DNA of 34,654 bases, from positions 1-34,654 of the IMG/VR virus record IMGVR_UViG_3300012664_000092. One strand, 5' to 3'. The DNA is from a virus. Numbering within the stretch: position 1 is the first letter of the stretch; each line of letters starts with the position of its first letter. Both the position numbers and the translations under genes were made by a program. The notes below the pieces were generated by a model. That model was not told the origin of the DNA. It searched no databases and saw nothing but the letters and a program-made list of their open reading frames with translations. Below, in pieces: positions 15,031 through 24,588 of this stretch.

Positions 15031-16684
15031 TGCCAACTCCTTTAATTAATGCGTTTGTTGCTGGAATACCGCCTTGCAACATCAATAGTTTAGCCAAATT
15101 AGCTTGCTCAGGAGTTACTTTTCCTTGCACAAGACGATTCTGTACAGGGCCTGACAATGCTGCAGCTCTAGCTCCCGGTCTTACACCTAAACTTGCCAAT
15201 GCAGCAGGGTTTGTAAGAGAAGCCATGACACCAGCAGCTCCAATGTCTAAAGGACTTGTTTGTGGCAAGCTACCCATAGACTCAACTGTTTGAGCAGCTT
15301 TAGGAAACTGTGTAGCAAACTCAGCAGCAGCTTTGAGTTCTGCACTTAAAGGCTTACCTTTTTTCAATTCTGCAGCCAAAGCCTTACCGCTAATGTTGCC
15401 TGATACCGGATTCATTGCCTTTTCAACTGTGTAAGTCTTAGCAATTAATTGACGAGCATCTCTAAACTCATCAAGCATTTCTTTTTGACCAGTTGTCTTT
15501 AAATGGCGTTCAATTTCATTTTCAAGCAACTCAGCAGCCTTTTTGTTGGCATTGCCCAATAGCTTTTGATTTGAAGCATAAGCTGTGTTGGCAGCATCAC
15601 GAAGGTCAATAATCTTAGCTACAGCAGCAGAGCCATCAAAAGCCTCAGATTTCAACGATTCAGCTAAATCAATGATAGGGCTAGGCTTAGCGTTAGGAAA
15701 GCCAGCTTGAGCCTTTAATGGCTTACTAGCTATCTGATTTAAGCCTTCTGTGTATTCTTTGCTAGGCTTGATTGTGCCGATGTTTTCAATATTCTCGTAT
15801 GCCTTGCCAGCAACGGTTCTAATATTTTTTAAACTTTCAGGCGTTAAAATTTCTTCTTCAGGCAATCCTAAAGACTTAGCTGCCATCTTATTAAAGACTT
15901 CTTGGTTTTTAGCACTAGCGTTCTGTGCTGTAGAAATTTTGCCAGCAGTACCTTCTAAAGCACGATTGACCAAAGAGCCTTTGGCTTGAGTTGGAGGTAT
16001 TACAAAGCCAGCTTCTCTAGCTTTTTCTACAGCTCCAGCCATCTGTGGAGTTTGTTCAGGGCCACGCAATACACCTATTAGCTTTTGTAATGGAGTTAAA
16101 GCAGCACCTAAAGAGCCACCAATAAGTCCTTGTTTTGCTTGTTCTTTGTATAGTTCTTGACCTGTTTTACCTGTTTCTTCAGGGGTCATAGCACCTAAAG
16201 CTGTACCCATGCCTATATTTTGTGCAAGTGGAGCAGCTTTAGCAAAAGATGGAATCTGACCAATGACATTAGCAGCACCCATAGCCGGGGCTACTGCACC
16301 AGCAACACGACCTGTACCATAAGCAATAGGATTAGCTTCTTGGTATTCGCCAGCTTGTTGCCCTAATTTCTGAGCTAATTGACTTGTGCCTAAATTACCA
16401 CCAGTAGCTAACTGTGCAGCTCCTACTGGTACATCCACCATAGACTTGGTAAAGCCAGCCATCGCTGACTCTAAAGGTCTAGGAGTTGCTTGTACATTTA
16501 ATTGACCACGATTAATAGGTCTGCCAGTTGCAGCACCACCGCCTGTTTGTCCAAAAGACATAGGAGAAGCAGAGGTAGCAACTTGTTCTGCAATCATCGC
16601 TTGTGCCTGTTCAGGCGTAGTGCCTTCTGCTACTTCAAATCTAGCAATACGACCATCAGGCATTTCAAATCGTGCTATTGGCAT
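15023..16684 (-). CDS. Internal virion / ejection protein candidate (553 aa)
   Basis: Position between the tail and fibre genes. The MPIARFEMPDGRIARFEVAEGTTPEQAQAMI N-terminus recurs in podophage internal proteins (from memory). A/G-rich. Confidence 0.55.
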   Translation of the reverse strand: MPIARFEMPDGRIARFEVAEGTTPEQAQAMIAEQVATSASPMSFGQTGGGAATGRPINRGQLNVQATPRPLESAMAGFTKSMVDVPVGAAQLATGGNLGTSQLAQKLGQQAGEYQEANPIAYGTGRVAGAVAPAMGAANVIGQIPSFAKAAPLAQNIGMGTALGAMTPEETGKTGQELYKEQAKQGLIGGSLGAALTPLQKLIGVLRGPEQTPQMAGAVEKAREAGFVIPPTQAKGSLVNRALEGTAGKISTAQNASAKNQEVFNKMAAKSLGLPEEEILTPESLKNIRTVAGKAYENIENIGTIKPSKEYTEGLNQIASKPLKAQAGFPNAKPSPIIDLAESLKSEAFDGSAAVAKIIDLRDAANTAYASNQKLLGNANKKAAELLENEIERHLKTTGQKEMLDEFRDARQLIAKTYTVEKAMNPVSGNISGKALAAELKKGKPLSAELKAAAEFATQFPKAAQTVESMGSLPQTSPLDIGAAGVMASLTNPAALASLGVRPGARAAALSGPVQNRLVQGKVTPEQANLAKLLMLQGGIPATNALIKGVGNE

Positions 16685-17790
16685 TATCTTTGTCCTGTAG
16701 GTGCTGGTTCAAATCCTAAAAACTTAGGTGCTTGTGGAGCAGCAGGGATATTGAGCTGCTGGTTTACATTAGGTTGTGCAGAAGGAGGCGTATATGGAGC
16801 AGAGACTCTTGCTGGAGTTGCCCTACCTGAAGCAATATAAGCACCTTCTAGCAATGTCTCTAAACGCTGTTTCTTGGCGTTTACTGCTTTTGGTTTGTCA
16901 CCTAACACAGGGAAATAGGTATCACGCATAGCGTTCAACTGCTCTCTTGTGTAAGCAGCACCAGTACGCAATGTTAAAGCAGCATCAAGGACATCTAATT
17001 GAGAATCCTCAATAATTTGTCTTTGTTCAGGCTTCATTGTTCTAGACAATAAATTAGGGCCTGCAATAGCTTCTACAACGCTTGCTGGTACATTAGGCTT
17101 AACTGCACTAGGGTCTACCCCTAAAGCTGTCTGCATTTGCAAAATATTTCTATCTAAAATATTAGCCATGAAACCAGCTTTTCTTTCACCTTCTGAAGGC
17201 ATAGTAAGAGAAGAAGCACCAGCTTTTGCTTTAGATTCAATTAAGTTTTTAGCATAAGCCCTTTGTTGCTCATTCCATGTTGCTGGGTTAGCAGGTAAAC
17301 CACCTACGCTAATTGCATATTGGATGACATCCGGAAGGTCAGGAGTGCCTTCTAATTTAGTTGTGCCACCACCTAATGATGTACGAGTAAATATATCGCC
17401 TTTGCCTAATTTAATGCCTTTTAGTTCTTCTTTAGCAATGTCACGCAATACTGGATTATCGGTAGATAAGGCATAACGCAATGCAGCAGGCTTATCTTTG
17501 GCTTCTAATTCACCAAATTTCTCAATTTCCATAGCTTGTTTGCCACGCAACGCTTCAGCCATCTTTACTTGTTGTGTGTCAGCTCTTTCACCAACTGCTT
17601 GACCAGCCACAATATTAGCCAATGGGTTTAATTGTTGAGACCAGCTAGGAGCTACATAGTAACCACTAATCATCTGACCTTGTGGTTGCTGCATACCTTG
17701 AGCCATTAGCAATTCAGCTAGTTTTCTTTGACGGCTTAAATCAGCTACATCAGGTGTACCTAAAATTTGTTGTTCAGTAGTATCTGCCAT
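16684..17790 (-). CDS. Internal virion protein candidate (368 aa)
   Basis: TAATG-coupled within the run of large structural ORFs. No enzymatic motif seen. Confidence 0.5.
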   Translation of the reverse strand: MADTTEQQILGTPDVADLSRQRKLAELLMAQGMQQPQGQMISGYYVAPSWSQQLNPLANIVAGQAVGERADTQQVKMAEALRGKQAMEIEKFGELEAKDKPAALRYALSTDNPVLRDIAKEELKGIKLGKGDIFTRTSLGGGTTKLEGTPDLPDVIQYAISVGGLPANPATWNEQQRAYAKNLIESKAKAGASSLTMPSEGERKAGFMANILDRNILQMQTALGVDPSAVKPNVPASVVEAIAGPNLLSRTMKPEQRQIIEDSQLDVLDAALTLRTGAAYTREQLNAMRDTYFPVLGDKPKAVNAKKQRLETLLEGAYIASGRATPARVSAPYTPPSAQPNVNQQLNIPAAPQAPKFLGFEPAPTGQR

Positions 17791-17792
17791 GA

Positions 17793-18974
17793 TTAAGACC
17801 TCAATAAACTAGAGTAAATTTTGTTTTGCTGGTCGGTATTTAATGCTTGACCTTGTGTTCCTGATACATCGTAAATACCGGGTTGCTTACTACCACCAGC
17901 CAAAGCATTGGCTAATGGGTTTTGGAATGTAAATGGGTTCTTGTTCATCTGATACAAGCCACCAAATTGCTCTTGTGGAGCTGTAATAAAGTTCTGAGCA
18001 GCTTTAGTTTGCCATTGCTGAGGAGTAGGCAGTTTGCTTGCTTTTACAGCACTACCAGCACTACCTAAAAGGTTGGCAAGTTGTTTAGCACGACTTACAT
18101 TCTTTAATACATCTTTAGCGTTTATGCCAGCAGCAGAGTCAGCAGCTACTGATTCAATACCTGTGCCAGCCAACTCAGAAGCGTTGTAAGAATAACCTAA
18201 TACTTGGTCAATAGTGGCAGCATCGTAACCTTGGGCAGCCAAATTAGCAGCATCAGCAGCTAACATTGGGTCTGTACCGTAGTTAATCAGCATAATATCT
18301 TCTAACTGTGCTGCACTTAAATCAGGGTAAGACTGCATTAATTGGGCTAAATCTTGACCAGCAGTAAACCCTTCTGCAGTTGCAGGCCCACCAATATATT
18401 GTGTGGCTGCAGCAAATTCTTCAGGGGTCATGCCTGCAATAGCATTGATTGTGCCAATAGGGTCAGCAGAAGCATTAGCAAATTGAATCATCTCAGGTGT
18501 TAAAGCAGCACCTTCTAATCCTGCAGCAGCAGCAGTTTCAAGAATCATTGCAGTTTGCACCGCTTCAGCACTAGAAGCACCAGCAGCTAAAGCCTCAAAG
18601 AAAGCAGCTTGGCCAGCTTCGGTAGCAATACTTCCAGCACCAGCAGCAGCAGCTTCGGCTGCAGCAGCTTCAGAAGCAAATAATGTAGGGTCAATGTAAC
18701 CAGTAGCGTATGCAGCAGCTAAAGCAGCAGGCAACACCCAGCCACTCGGGACTTCTCTATTAACAAATTGGTCTACTTCAGCCAAACCTTGACCGATAGC
18801 AGGGCCGGGGTCAATATCAGCTAAACCACCTAAAATACCGCCACCGCCACCATCAGTACCTAGAGCACTAGAAATAGGGTCTGTAATAGCAGATATAGGA
18901 TTCCAGCCACCGCCACCCCCAAAAGGAGTACGCTTTAGTTCCCATGTCCAGCCTGAATGTTTGCTTTTAAACAT
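17793..18974 (-). CDS. Internal virion protein candidate, Ala/Gly-rich with poly-Gly tracts (393 aa)
   Basis: FGGGGGW and DGGGGGILGG tracts, plus AAAAEAAAAGAG runs. Confidence 0.5.
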   Translation of the reverse strand: MFKSKHSGWTWELKRTPFGGGGGWNPISAITDPISSALGTDGGGGGILGGLADIDPGPAIGQGLAEVDQFVNREVPSGWVLPAALAAAYATGYIDPTLFASEAAAAEAAAAGAGSIATEAGQAAFFEALAAGASSAEAVQTAMILETAAAAGLEGAALTPEMIQFANASADPIGTINAIAGMTPEEFAAATQYIGGPATAEGFTAGQDLAQLMQSYPDLSAAQLEDIMLINYGTDPMLAADAANLAAQGYDAATIDQVLGYSYNASELAGTGIESVAADSAAGINAKDVLKNVSRAKQLANLLGSAGSAVKASKLPTPQQWQTKAAQNFITAPQEQFGGLYQMNKNPFTFQNPLANALAGGSKQPGIYDVSGTQGQALNTDQQNKIYSSLLRS

Positions 18975-20119
18975 TAGAATATTCCAAGGTTACCGTACAG
19001 TTCTTCTAAGTAATCGCTACTTGACAAAGATTGGTCAAACATACCGCTACTGGTAGCTCCAATATTGTTTAGGTAATCTGCACTACTTACGAATGGGCTA
19101 TCTAAACCACTATTAGTTAAACCTAGCAAACCACCTAGAGTAGTAGCACCACCAAGAACGGAAGCACCTAAATTGCCAAGTCCACCAGCTCCTAGAACTG
19201 CACTTTGACCTAAGCCAAACAAACCACTTTGCAAGTTGGCAGTTTTAGCAGCTTGGGCATTTTGTTGGGCAATATCAGCAGCACGACTTGTAGTGTAAGC
19301 ACCAAGATAATCAGGGCCTGCAACGGCAGCTTGAGTGTACGGATTAATGTAACCCGGCTGTGTAGCTTGTTGGAAAGCACCTAGCTGAGACAATGGCAAG
19401 TTTCTTTGCTGTAATGCTTGCTGATAATTCTGTTGCAATGCAGCGTTATTAGCTTGTTGCTGTGCAAGGCTTTGACCTTGTAACTGATTTTGAACTTGTG
19501 AACCAGCTAATTGAGCTTGATTCATTAAGTCATTAGTCTTTTGAGCTTGCAAATTCATAGCTCGGTTATAAGCCTCAGTACCCGGAGCAATACCTTGATT
19601 AGCTAATTGAGCTTGTAAACGCTCTTGGCTTTGTTCAATCTGTGGCTGTAAGCGTTGATTGATAAGTTGAGTAGCTCTATCCCAGCCTTCCATCCCTGTA
19701 TAACCTTGACCTGTTTGAGCTTGATATTGGCTCACATCAAAAGGGGTTGCAGTAGATTGGGCTAATTGACCTTGAATATTACCTAAAGCTGATTGCAAAG
19801 GGGCAGCTAATTGTTGGTTAGCAGTCCATACTGGATTGCCGTTAGCATCAAGACTTTGCGTGTAGTTTAGGTTTGCATAAGGCGTATTTTGATTGATACG
19901 GTTAGCTTGGGTAGCAGCTCTAGCACCATACAAGTTACCCATAGTGGTAGCTTGTGCAGCTTGAATGTAAGGGTTTGAACTGCCAGCATAAGGGCTAGAT
20001 GTTTGACCTGTACCTAAAGTAGCCGTATTAGGGTCACTCATAGTAGTAGCAGCCATTGGCGTAGCAGCTACTTGCCCACTCATTGTTGCTGCTGGTTGTA
20101 TTCCTGCACCTGCTCCCAT
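18974..20119 (-). CDS. Internal virion protein candidate, Gln/Asn/Ala-rich (381 aa)
   Basis: Strong AAGGAGAAGG SD. Q/N-rich low-complexity body, Gly-rich C-terminal third. Confidence 0.5.
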   Translation of the reverse strand: MGAGAGIQPAATMSGQVAATPMAATTMSDPNTATLGTGQTSSPYAGSSNPYIQAAQATTMGNLYGARAATQANRINQNTPYANLNYTQSLDANGNPVWTANQQLAAPLQSALGNIQGQLAQSTATPFDVSQYQAQTGQGYTGMEGWDRATQLINQRLQPQIEQSQERLQAQLANQGIAPGTEAYNRAMNLQAQKTNDLMNQAQLAGSQVQNQLQGQSLAQQQANNAALQQNYQQALQQRNLPLSQLGAFQQATQPGYINPYTQAAVAGPDYLGAYTTSRAADIAQQNAQAAKTANLQSGLFGLGQSAVLGAGGLGNLGASVLGGATTLGGLLGLTNSGLDSPFVSSADYLNNIGATSSGMFDQSLSSSDYLEELYGNLGIF

Positions 20120-20129
20120 AACCTTCTCC

Positions 20130-20564
20130 TTATAACCATCTACAGAAAGATGGTCTCATTTCTAGTATCACCAAATCCCCGTCATCATGTGCATCAGGGA
20201 TAAAAGCAACATCTTTGAAACCAAGGTGTCGGTCTAGTTTTAGGGCTTTTTCATTACTCCCTGCAACTGTACCGATTATAACCTTGAGTTTCAGTTTATT
20301 AAACGGATAATCGAATACTGCTCTTAAAAAACTTTTTGTAGCCCAATGGTCACCTTCTGAACCTACATGAATCATGCAAGATTTACCATAAAAGCCACAA
20401 TACACTACGACTGCTCTAATTTCATCGTTGGTAACTTGACCTAAGTAATGAGCATCTGCAGGGGTTGGCATCTTATGTTTTATTGCCCAATCCTTTAGAC
20501 TTTGCTGATTAAGAAGAATCAAATTACCCCACCTCGCTCCATAATATAGTCTGTAGAAGCCCAA
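20130..20564 (-). CDS. GNAT-family N-acetyltransferase
   Basis: The ...AVFDYPFNKLKLKVIIGTVAGSNEKALKLDRHLGFKDVAFIP...GDLVILEM pattern is typical of GNAT. The true start may be TTG at 20522, overlapping the upstream TGA. Confidence 0.65.
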   Translation of the reverse strand: MGFYRLYYGARWGNLILLNQQSLKDWAIKHKMPTPADAHYLGQVTNDEIRAVVVYCGFYGKSCMIHVGSEGDHWATKSFLRAVFDYPFNKLKLKVIIGTVAGSNEKALKLDRHLGFKDVAFIPDAHDDGDLVILEMRPSFCRWL

Positions 20565-22525
20565 TGTAATTCAATATTACGAGCTGCCACATTCAAGTTA
20601 ATAGAGCCAGTAAAGCCAATTCCTGTTACGCCTTGCCATATTTTAGTCGTTGTAAGACCACCTACCCAAGTAGCGTTATCCCATTTACTAGCATCCCATA
20701 TTCCATCGCTTTGAGTGCTAGGGTTAAACGAAACCTGTCCAAGATTGATTTGAGTATCAAAGTCGGTGCTTAAACCACAATAAACATTAGGTACACCGCC
20801 TGAAGATTGGAGGATTGGTCGTACCATTGTGAAGCGTTTTAACTGTCCGGGGCTATCAAAATAGGAATAAGCCTGTTGAGCTGCAGCAGTAATGTTGTTT
20901 CCATCATCTGCATTGGAGTCGTAAAAGTCACCAATAATGCCGTTTCCACCAAAGTGAATGTCAGCATCGCCTGATACTTCCCAGCAATGGGCTTCAATAC
21001 CTGTAAAACGACCCCAAGATTTAGTAATGGTGTGCATTACATATTGCTCAGTTCCGTTGGTAATAGGAATGTTCAAAATCAGCATATTTTCACTAGCAAA
21101 ATAATTGATTTGCCAGCCAAAATTAGCAAAATACAGGGTTGCAGCTTGACTTACGGCAAAGTAAATCTTGTCTGTGAGGTTTACTCTAGGGTCTAAACGA
21201 CTAGACTGAAGTGCTGAAGAAAGAGGCACTAAACCATCTTGAGTTAGCAAAAGAAGGTCACCTGACCACTTAAAGAAACACCTACGGCTAAAGGTTTGAC
21301 CTAATTGCCAAACACCTTTTAATGCCCATGTGTCAGCGTTATCAGGGTCAGTACCGTTGTAAACGATAATTTCACCCATGCTAGTAACGAATACGGCATA
21401 GTCATCAGCACCTTGTCCAGCATCTAATGTCCAAGTACCCATTGCTTGCAAATAGCCACCATTACGAGCTATTCCACCAAAATATAAGGGTGATGCAGGC
21501 CCAGCAATAGCATCTACATCTAAATACCAACAAGTTAAGGTATCTTTTTGAGTGAAATAAAGACGATTTTTAAACAAATTTACATTAATAAAAGTGCTTG
21601 AATCTGCCCCTGTAATGCCAATAACTGTATAACTGCCTACTACAGTAGCGTTAGCTGCTGGAGCTGTAGCCATTGTGTAAGTAAAGGTTGAAGCCCCTGT
21701 TACATCAATGACATAAGTGCCGTTATAGTTTGATTCTGTAGCACCTGAAATAGTCACTCGGTTTTTATCTACCAAACCATGAGGAGCAGCAGTAGTTACT
21801 GTAGCTGTCAAATTGCCTGTACCGCCTCTAGTAATTGTGCTAATTGTTTGAGCAGTTGAAGTGGTAGCTACATAAAACCATGCAGAACCATCGTAAATCA
21901 TTACTGGGTCTACACCATTACAAGCAATTAGATAGTGACCTGAAGTATTAGTTAGGTTAATAAACTCTAATTTATCGCTAGTAATACCTGTAAATACAGG
22001 TAAAGCAGGGTTTTGCTTGGATTCATAAATAGTGTCCCCGGCAGCAGCAAATAGCTTGTAAGACACAACTTCTGAATAATTCATCAAAGTGTTTACAGGG
22101 GTATATGCTTGATTCTTGTAAGTGCCTACTACCGTTGCATTGCCTGAAGGTACTGTAACCATTGTGTAAGTAAAAACTGTGGTGCTCATTACAGTAATCT
22201 TAAATACACCGCTATAGTCTGCAGGAGTTGTACCGCTAATATATACATAAGCACCGGTAGTTAAACCATGAGCTGTAGCAGTTGTAAGAGTGGCAGTTGT
22301 GTCTACATAAGTAATGCTAGAAATGGTCTTTACACCATCAGTAGTAGTCAAAATAGACCCTGCTGTATATCCTCTACGCATTGTCACATCAGTAGGAGTT
22401 GGATACCAGTTTACTAACTGAACCGCATCCGTAGGGGACATATTGGCTAGAGAATCCCTAGCATTCCATCCACCAATAGGAGCAGGTACAGAAGTAGTCG
22501 TAGCTGTATTCTGTTTTGCTCTCAT
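20519..22525 (-). CDS. Large tail (nozzle / tubular-B-like) protein with an internally duplicated domain
   Basis: 668 aa, positioned after a 301-aa tail gene as in T7-like layouts. Two ~65-aa homologous inserts. Confidence 0.55.
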   Translation of the reverse strand: MRAKQNTATTTSVPAPIGGWNARDSLANMSPTDAVQLVNWYPTPTDVTMRRGYTAGSILTTTDGVKTISSITYVDTTATLTTATAHGLTTGAYVYISGTTPADYSGVFKITVMSTTVFTYTMVTVPSGNATVVGTYKNQAYTPVNTLMNYSEVVSYKLFAAAGDTIYESKQNPALPVFTGITSDKLEFINLTNTSGHYLIACNGVDPVMIYDGSAWFYVATTSTAQTISTITRGGTGNLTATVTTAAPHGLVDKNRVTISGATESNYNGTYVIDVTGASTFTYTMATAPAANATVVGSYTVIGITGADSSTFINVNLFKNRLYFTQKDTLTCWYLDVDAIAGPASPLYFGGIARNGGYLQAMGTWTLDAGQGADDYAVFVTSMGEIIVYNGTDPDNADTWALKGVWQLGQTFSRRCFFKWSGDLLLLTQDGLVPLSSALQSSRLDPRVNLTDKIYFAVSQAATLYFANFGWQINYFASENMLILNIPITNGTEQYVMHTITKSWGRFTGIEAHCWEVSGDADIHFGGNGIIGDFYDSNADDGNNITAAAQQAYSYFDSPGQLKRFTMVRPILQSSGGVPNVYCGLSTDFDTQINLGQVSFNPSTQSDGIWDASKWDNATWVGGLTTTKIWQGVTGIGFTGSINLNVAARNIELHWASTDYIMERGGVI

Positions 22526-23430
22526 TATGAACCGTAGCCAGTATCAGGGATGTTAGCGTAACCAATAAGGACTTTAGATGGGTAAGGAGCAAAGCTAAGA
22601 TTAGGAGCACCTTTGTCTGCAGCCTTCGCAACTGACAAATAACGCTGATATTCTTGCATCAATGCAGTTGTATCAAAGCCTTTAATTGCCCAATATTTCA
22701 GCTTAGTACCCAAAACAACAATACGGTCATCAAGGATAGTAGTATCGGAATCAGCAGTAAAGCTAGTCTTAACAGCCCCATCATAGCCACGCACCCATCC
22801 TTTAGATTTGTATTCCCAGCCTAGATACTCTTGGGTATTCATTGGAGGCCATACTTGGAATTGGTTGTCCAAGATACGCCAGCGAATACGAGGGCCTGTA
22901 GAGATATATCCCGACTTTAGCCATTGCCATTGCTGAGCATCTTCAGGGCCTAGAGCTTCCCAATGCTTTGTTTTATCCCATTGGGTACGGTCTGTAATGG
23001 ACTCAAAGTCAAAAGGTAGGTCATAGGCTGTTTGAGCTAATACGATAGCTCCGTTGCCTGAACCTGAAGCCATCTGAGACATAATGATGTTTTGACCGCT
23101 TACTGTAGATACATAAGTGTCTTGATTGATGTTGTAACCAGTAATCTGCCATTGGCTGTCTACGGCTGTAATGTCTACACCGGGGTCTACAACTAATAAG
23201 GTAGAGTCAGCTATTGCTGTTGCATTGCAATTAATTGCTTGAGTGTAGAAACGATATTGAACCTGTAATGCTTGCCAATCAAACTCTTTAATGAGGTCAT
23301 AGCCCTGTCCGTTCATTAGAGCCAGCACTTGCTGGACATCTTGGGATGGGTTACCTGCTACTGAGGATGGTACTGCTAAGTTAAGTTCGGCTGTAACTTG
23401 CTGAACTAATTGGAGCATCGTAGATGACAT
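22525..23430 (-). CDS. Tail adaptor / tubular-A-like protein candidate
   Basis: 301 aa, assigned by gene order only. Confidence 0.45.
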   Translation of the reverse strand: MSSTMLQLVQQVTAELNLAVPSSVAGNPSQDVQQVLALMNGQGYDLIKEFDWQALQVQYRFYTQAINCNATAIADSTLLVVDPGVDITAVDSQWQITGYNINQDTYVSTVSGQNIIMSQMASGSGNGAIVLAQTAYDLPFDFESITDRTQWDKTKHWEALGPEDAQQWQWLKSGYISTGPRIRWRILDNQFQVWPPMNTQEYLGWEYKSKGWVRGYDGAVKTSFTADSDTTILDDRIVVLGTKLKYWAIKGFDTTALMQEYQRYLSVAKAADKGAPNLSFAPYPSKVLIGYANIPDTGYGS

Positions 23431-23487
23431 ATATATCCTTTACTTGGTTTTCCCCAAGTAGTTGGGTATTTGTTTCGATTATATACA

Positions 23488-23510
23488 AAAAAGGGAGATT
23501 TCTCCCCCTT
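23488..23510 (-). terminator. Weak rho-independent terminator
   Basis: Reverse strand reads GGGAG-AAAT-CTCCC followed by TTTTTT, immediately after the stop at 23512. TATAAT (23478-23483, reverse strand) follows. Confidence 0.5.
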
Positions 23511-23511
23511 T

Positions 23512-24168
23512 TTATTCAGCAAATTTTACTTCTATTTTTCGTTCTTCAACTACTTCTTCTTTAACTTTTTTGCCTCTAGGCTTTTTCTCAGCCATCATAG
23601 CCATTAAAGAATCAATCTGAGCTTGTTGTTTAGCTAATTGAGCTTCCGATGCAGCTTTGATTGCAGCGTTTTCTTGGCGTAGCTTTTCTAGCTCTGCCTC
23701 ACGCTGGTTAGTTTCACCAACTTGATTAGCCAAATTAAGGAATGCTTTAGCCTTGTCTCGGAAAGTATAAGGATTCATGCCTGCAGCCATGCCAATCTTT
23801 TGGATTTGTAGGTCAGAAGCACCAGCAATAGCCTCTACTGTAGGGAATTTCAAGCCTTTGAGTTCTTCAGCTTGGGAACGAGTAATCTGTGTCCATTGTT
23901 CCAATGGTGTGCCAACAATATTCTCATTGTTGCCAACTTGGTTCTGATAATGAGCCCATTGGCGAGGAAAACGAGCTTTATGTTCTTCCCTTGCATAGGT
24001 GTCAATCTCATTTAATGTGTCACCGGGGACATTAATACGAACAAAATCAAACTCTTTGTAGATTGGTCTGCCTGCTTCAATAGAAGCATCTTCTTGCTTC
24101 ATAGACCGTTTATAGAAGGTAACAGATAGTAAGGAATCTGCTCCCATAGTGTCGGATGGTAATGCCAT
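23512..24168 (-). CDS. Conserved structural-module protein (218 aa), function unknown
   Basis: GRPIYKEFDFVRINVPGD...HKARFPRQWAHY...GTPLEQW resembles a recurrent podophage family (from memory). Coiled-coil C-terminus. Confidence 0.55.
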   Translation of the reverse strand: MALPSDTMGADSLLSVTFYKRSMKQEDASIEAGRPIYKEFDFVRINVPGDTLNEIDTYAREEHKARFPRQWAHYQNQVGNNENIVGTPLEQWTQITRSQAEELKGLKFPTVEAIAGASDLQIQKIGMAAGMNPYTFRDKAKAFLNLANQVGETNQREAELEKLRQENAAIKAASEAQLAKQQAQIDSLMAMMAEKKPRGKKVKEEVVEERKIEVKFAE

Positions 24169-24197
24169 CTTTAATTCTCCTAAGTGGTTAGGGTTAT

Positions 24198-24233
24198 AAA
24201 AAGAAAAAGGGACACCCTTTTTGGGGGTATCCC
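24198..24233 (-). terminator. Strong rho-independent terminator after the capsid/decoration genes
   Basis: Reverse strand reads GGGATACCC-CCAAAAA-GGGTGTCCC (9 bp including one G.U pair), followed by TTTTTCTTTTT. Confidence 0.7.
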
Positions 24234-24254
24234 TATGGTACTACAAGTTACTGA

Positions 24255-24551
24255 TTAAACAGATGCTTTACCGAACCAACCGTAGTCACCTGAAACCATT
24301 GAAACTGCTGGGGAGATATAAGCTCCACCAGTAGCTGCAACTGTAAAGGCTGTTGTGTCGATAGCACATACTGTAGTGCTAGGAGCGATAGTAGCTGCTG
24401 CCTTAGCCCATACATAACGCAAACCATCAGAAGCGAAAGTTTGTGTACCGAGTGGGCCAAAGTTTACTGGTTCGCCTTCTACAACAATTTCTGCTGCAGT
24501 TTGTACTGTTTCTAAGTCGATACCAGCGATGGGTAGTGTTGAATATGCCAT
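24255..24551 (-). CDS. Head decoration / cement protein candidate
   Basis: 98 aa, immediately downstream of the major capsid gene and bracketed by hairpins. Assigned by position only. Confidence 0.5.
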   Translation of the reverse strand: MAYSTLPIAGIDLETVQTAAEIVVEGEPVNFGPLGTQTFASDGLRYVWAKAAATIAPSTTVCAIDTTAFTVAATGGAYISPAVSMVSGDYGWFGKASV

Positions 24552-24588
24552 GATTATTTCCTTAAATTAATTGAGTAGACAAGATTAA

